Assembly: GCA_023247235.1 (NCBI GenBank)
Contig: JAHFGW010000001.1
Location: 64,586 to 128,114, forward strand
Direction of reading: 5' to 3'
Origin: Candidatus Omnitrophota bacterium
GTDB taxonomy: Bacteria > Omnitrophota > Gorgyraeia > Aquiviventales > Aquiviventaceae
Length of the DNA stretch: 63,529 nt
In this document: positions 59,800 to 63,529 of the stretch, piece by piece
How the letters are laid out: every line of letters starts with the position of its first letter
Numbering within the stretch: the first letter of the stretch is position 1
The notes under the pieces: generated by a model
What the model was told of the DNA's origin: nothing
Seen by the model: only the letters and a program-made list of their open reading frames with translations
Database searches by the model: none
Made by a program: the position numbers and the translations under genes

Positions 59800-62433
59800 G
59801 TGTTGACACGTGACGTCCGGTGCGGACTCGGTCTTTTGACCTTGATCGGGGGACTCATCATGCCTAATGCCGCCGCCGCGCTCAGCGAGCGGTCCGGTAC
59901 GGTTTCTCAAGTCGTCCTGGACAACGGGCTTCAGGTTGTCTGGGAAGAAAACCACCGCCAGCCCCTGGTCGCGATCGAGGCCAGGATCAAGGGCGGCCTG
60001 CGCGCTGAGGGCCCGTTCGTCGGAACGGGGATCACGCACTTCATCGAGCACATGCTCTTCAAGGGGACGCCGTCGCGGCCGCCAGGAACCCTCGACCAGG
60101 AAGTCCGCCGCTACGGCGGCACCATCAACGCCTTCACCTCTTTCGACACGACGGGCGTTACGCTGTTCGTGGAGTCCCGCCATCTGAAGCCCGCGCTGGA
60201 ACTGCTCGCCGACATCCTGCAGCACGCGATCTTCGATCCCCAAGAGTTTGAGCGCGAGCGCGCGGTGATCCGGTCCGAGATCCAGATGAATGAAGACGAC
60301 CCGGATCGTCGGATCCAGCAGCTCTTCTGGAACCGCCATTTCCTCGAGCATCCGTACCGGCATCCCATCCTTGGCTACGAACCGCTGCTCCAGACCTTGA
60401 CCGCCGAAGAGCTCACCGGATTTTACCGCCGTCAGTACCAGCCGCAGCACATGGTGCTCTCCTGCGTCGGAGATCTCGATGGCTCCGCATTGCCCGGGCT
60501 GGTGAAGGAGGTCTTTGGCGGCTGGGCGCGCGGCCGAATTGACTTGCAGCAGGCGGTCGTCCCGCTAGAGCCTCCGACGGCGTCCTCGAAGGACACCTCG
60601 GTGGAGCTGCCGGTGCAACGGGCATATGTCCTGCTGGGCTTCACGTCCACGCGCCTGTCGGACCCCGATCTGTATCCCCTGGATGTGTTGGCGAACGTGA
60701 TTGGGCAGGGCCGCAGCGCCCGTCTCTATGAGCTGCTGGTCCGTGAGCGCCAATTGGTGGACCAGGTCGCCTCGTGGAACTACACGCCGGCCGACCCAGG
60801 GATCTTCGCCGTGCAGTTCCGCACGGATCCGGAGCGCGTTGAGCCGGCGACCGACGCCGTCTTTGAGGTCCTCGAGCGGATCAAGCGGGAAGGCCCGTCG
60901 CCCGAAGAACTGCAGAAGGCCAAGCGGCAAGTGATCGCCAACTACCAATTTTCAAGGCAGACGATGGAATCCCGGGCGGCGGACCTGGCCGATTCGCTGT
61001 TGACGACCGGCGATCCGCTGTTCTCGCAGCGTTACGTCTCGCGGATCGAGGACGTGACGGCTGGCCAGGTCCGGGAGGCCGCTGCGCGCTACTGCGACCG
61101 CGCCCGCATGACGCGGGCGATCATCCGTCCGGCCGGCAGCCAAGCCGCCACCGCGCCGCAGGCCCCGCCGTCGGAGGCGATCGCGTTAAGCAAAACCGTG
61201 CTCGACAATGGGGCGACGCTCATTGTGGGCGAAGATCATCGCCTGCCCATTGCGGCCATCATCATCGCGTTTCGGGGCGGGGTGCGCGTCGAGCAGGAGG
61301 AGACGCAGGGCCTCTCGAATCTCGTCGCGGGGCTGCTGACCAAGGGCACGACCCAGCATGACGCGTCGGCCATTGCGCGGAATATCGAAGGGTTGGGAGC
61401 CACCCTGGATCCTTTTAGCGGCCGCGACGGGTTCGGACTCTCCGTGCGGCTGCTGAGCGAGGATCTGGCGGCAGGCGTCTCGTTAGCTCACGAGCTGGTG
61501 ACGGCGTCCACCTTTCCGGAGCAGGAGCTGGAAATCCAGCGGCAGCTCGTGCTCAATGAACTCAAGGCGCAGGACGATGAGATCTTCGAGGTGGGTAATC
61601 GGCTGTTCCGGCGAACGCTGTTTCAGCAGCATCCGTATCGCTTTCACCCGCTGGGGGCGCAGGAGACAGTCCAACGCCTTGCCCGCGCCGACTGCCAGAC
61701 GTTCGCCGCGAAGTGGCTGGTGCCCTCCAATATGGTGATGGCGGTGTTTGGGGATGTGACATCGCAAGCGGTCACGCGCCTCATCGGCGAGACGTTCGGC
61801 CGCATGCCGAAGCAGGCTGCGGCATGGCCTGAGCGGCTGCCTGAGGAGCCGATTCAGGGCATCCGGCGTGCCAGCTTGGACTTGCCGAAGGCGCAAGCAC
61901 TGGTCCTCATGGGTTTCCGCGGAAGCACGCAGATGGCGCCCGATCGCCATGCCCTGGATGTGCTGACCGCAGTGCTGTCCGGCATGTCGGGCCGGCTCTT
62001 CCAAGCCGTCCGCGAGGAGCATGGGCTGTCCTATACGCTGGGCGCCGTGCACGTGCCGGGCTGGGACCCGGGCTATCTCATGATCTACGCCGCCACCAGA
62101 CCTGAGGAGCGGACTCGGGTCTTGGAAGTCCTTCAGGAAGAGCTGCAGCGCGCCGTGGACCAGGGCGTCAGCGAAGAGGAGGTGCGGCAAGCGCAGCGCT
62201 ACCTGATCGGACAGCACCGCATGGAGCTGCAGGATATGGTCGGGTTGGCCCGCCGCTCCGCATTGGAGGAGCTGTACACGATCGGCTACGACGCCTGGCA
62301 AACGTACGAAGCCGACATCAACGCCGTCACGCTGGAACAGGTGCAGGAGGCCGCCCGACACTACATGACACTGCCTCGCCGCGCTGAAATTGTCATTTCT
62401 CCCAATGGTCACGACGACGCTCTCGTGCATTAG
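59800..62433 (+). CDS. secreted tandem M16 (pitrilysin/insulinase) zinc peptidase, two fused halves
   Basis: The HFIEH inverted zinc motif is in the first half and the second M16 unit lacks it. Signal-like N-terminus, GTG start. Confidence 0.85.
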   Translation: MLTRDVRCGLGLLTLIGGLIMPNAAAALSERSGTVSQVVLDNGLQVVWEENHRQPLVAIEARIKGGLRAEGPFVGTGITHFIEHMLFKGTPSRPPGTLDQEVRRYGGTINAFTSFDTTGVTLFVESRHLKPALELLADILQHAIFDPQEFERERAVIRSEIQMNEDDPDRRIQQLFWNRHFLEHPYRHPILGYEPLLQTLTAEELTGFYRRQYQPQHMVLSCVGDLDGSALPGLVKEVFGGWARGRIDLQQAVVPLEPPTASSKDTSVELPVQRAYVLLGFTSTRLSDPDLYPLDVLANVIGQGRSARLYELLVRERQLVDQVASWNYTPADPGIFAVQFRTDPERVEPATDAVFEVLERIKREGPSPEELQKAKRQVIANYQFSRQTMESRAADLADSLLTTGDPLFSQRYVSRIEDVTAGQVREAAARYCDRARMTRAIIRPAGSQAATAPQAPPSEAIALSKTVLDNGATLIVGEDHRLPIAAIIIAFRGGVRVEQEETQGLSNLVAGLLTKGTTQHDASAIARNIEGLGATLDPFSGRDGFGLSVRLLSEDLAAGVSLAHELVTASTFPEQELEIQRQLVLNELKAQDDEIFEVGNRLFRRTLFQQHPYRFHPLGAQETVQRLARADCQTFAAKWLVPSNMVMAVFGDVTSQAVTRLIGETFGRMPKQAAAWPERLPEEPIQGIRRASLDLPKAQALVLMGFRGSTQMAPDRHALDVLTAVLSGMSGRLFQAVREEHGLSYTLGAVHVPGWDPGYLMIYAATRPEERTRVLEVLQEELQRAVDQGVSEEEVRQAQRYLIGQHRMELQDMVGLARRSALEELYTIGYDAWQTYEADINAVTLEQVQEAARHYMTLPRRAEIVISPNGHDDALVH

Positions 62434-63238
62434 ACGGCCTGCGGTCGCGGGCTACTACTACCCAGAGGAGCCTGAGGCGCTGCGGCAGGCCATCTGCCAG
62501 CTGATCCAACGCCAGCCGGAGGCTTCCTCGGTGGCCCCCCGCGCCATCATGGTTCCGCACGGCAGCCTGCAGCAATCCGGGGCGGTGAGCGCCGCGGTCT
62601 TTGGGAGGCTGCGCGTCCCGCGCCGGTGCGTGTTGGTTGGCCCCTCGCACACGAACAGCGCGATGCGCTGGGCGGTCTTTGCGGAGGGCAGCTACCGTAC
62701 CCCGCTGGGTGATGTCGAGGTCGATGCAGGAATCGCCGCGGCGTTGCTGGAGCGATGCGTCTGGCTTGAGCGGGACGCGTGGGCGCACCGGGGGGAGCAC
62801 GCCTTGGAGGTGATCCTGCCCTTTCTGCAGTGGGCCAGGCCTGAAGGCTTCTCGATCGTGCCGGTGGTGACCAGCTCCGATGTGCTCTCCGAATGCGCCG
62901 ACGTGGGCCAAGCGCTCGCGGAGGTCCTCGGCCCGCTGGGCGAAGACGTCTTGCTGATCGCCAGCTCCGATCTGTCCCAGTATGAAGCGGCACAGGCCGG
63001 CGCCGCCAAGGACCGCCGGCTCCTGGCGCGCATTCTCGCGCTGGATGCCCAGGGACTCCTGCGCGCGGTGCAGGAGGAACCCGCCCTGATGTGCGGAGCC
63101 GGAGCCGTGGCCTGCGTGCTGATCGCGGCCCGGCGGCTCGGCGCGACGCGCGCGGACCTGCTACAATACGACACGAGCCTGAACGTCGGCGGCGATCCGC
63201 ACTCCGTGATCGGCTATGCCGGCGTCGCCCTGAGCTAA
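62405..63238 (+). CDS. Memo-like protein (AmmeMemoRadiSam system protein B family)
   Basis: RRPAVAGYYYP...VPHGS...GPSH...SSDLSQY pattern. ATG 62405 within ORF 62390..63238. Confidence 0.75.
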   Translation: MVTTTLSCIRRPAVAGYYYPEEPEALRQAICQLIQRQPEASSVAPRAIMVPHGSLQQSGAVSAAVFGRLRVPRRCVLVGPSHTNSAMRWAVFAEGSYRTPLGDVEVDAGIAAALLERCVWLERDAWAHRGEHALEVILPFLQWARPEGFSIVPVVTSSDVLSECADVGQALAEVLGPLGEDVLLIASSDLSQYEAAQAGAAKDRRLLARILALDAQGLLRAVQEEPALMCGAGAVACVLIAARRLGATRADLLQYDTSLNVGGDPHSVIGYAGVALS

Positions 63239-63242
63239 TCCC

Positions 63243-63529
63243 ATGCCCGACGAGATCAATAAGCGGGTCGACGAGTCCTGGAAAGAGCAAGCGCAGCGGG
63301 AGAAGGAGACCATCGCCCGACAGCAACCTCCTCCCGCTCCCGCGGCGCCGACGAGTCCCAGCGCGGTGGAGCGGCCGGCTGCACGTCCAGAACCCGAGGC
63401 CACGGCCGAGGCATCGCCGGAATCCCTTCAGGCCCGATTTGATCTGTTGATCTCGAGTCTCGCGATGGAAGCGTTGATCGCGATGGGCGATATGGTGCAT
63501 CCTGCGACGCACAAGCAGAACGTGAACCT
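63243..63529 (+). CDS. DUF1844-like protein, N-terminal part (runs off the window)
   Basis: Hand translation MPDEINKRVDESWKEQAQREKE...ARFDLLISSLAMEALIAMGDMVHP. The frame is open to the end of the window, and the ORF is absent from the ORF track because no stop is reached. Confidence 0.55.
   Translation, partial: MPDEINKRVDESWKEQAQREKETIARQQPPPAPAAPTSPSAVERPAARPEPEATAEASPESLQARFDLLISSLAMEALIAMGDMVHPATHKQNVN

Overview
GC-rich bacterial chromosome segment in which every gene I can recognise (about 80) is on the + strand. The content is almost entirely core housekeeping. In order: the end of hemB, hemL and rex; a quinone/quinol-oxidation block (ubiE/menG, polyprenyl synthase, tatA, Rieske protein, fused cytochrome b, pentahaem cytochrome c); mnmA, a larE-like PP-loop gene, tRNA-Met, tilS, ftsH, folP, pdxJ, acpS and nnrD; and a Thr-Tyr-Gly-Thr tRNA cluster. 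Next comes the full translation/transcription super-operon: tuf-rpmG-tRNA-Trp-secE-nusG-rplKAJL-rpoBC-rpsLG-fusA-tuf, the S10/spc/alpha operons, secY, adk, map, infA, rpmJ, rpoA and rplQ. It is followed by an aspartate aminotransferase, icd, lipA, a second aminotransferase, a glycolipid glycosyltransferase, an HtrB-like acyltransferase, pcm, rpsU, a double M16 peptidase, a Memo-like protein and the start of a DUF1844 protein. I see no defence island, toxin system, CRISPR array, prophage or autonomous transposon. The unusual material is non-coding. (1) A family of 157-nt inverted-repeat elements (three full copies, one remnant) sits exactly between a stop codon and the next start codon, flanked by ATGA on both sides, with compensatory changes in the terminal stem. 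(2) A second family of at least 11 low-GC intercistronic elements is built from tandem heptamers, usually as a GT-rich array and a complementary AC-rich array that can form a 25-35 bp imperfect hairpin. Most lie at junctions of the ribosomal-protein operons. (3) There are tRNA-associated scars: a 19-nt duplication of the tRNA-Met 3' end around a 239-nt chain of hairpins, a split Thr-like tRNA enclosing an intact tRNA-Thr, and a palindromic GGAAGGGAAAAC hairpin family. (4) There are two apparently identical 1,246-bp tuf repeats that extend into the first 10 nt of rpmG and rpsJ. Taxonomic assignment cannot be made from the sequence alone. All coordinates of short features were counted by hand.
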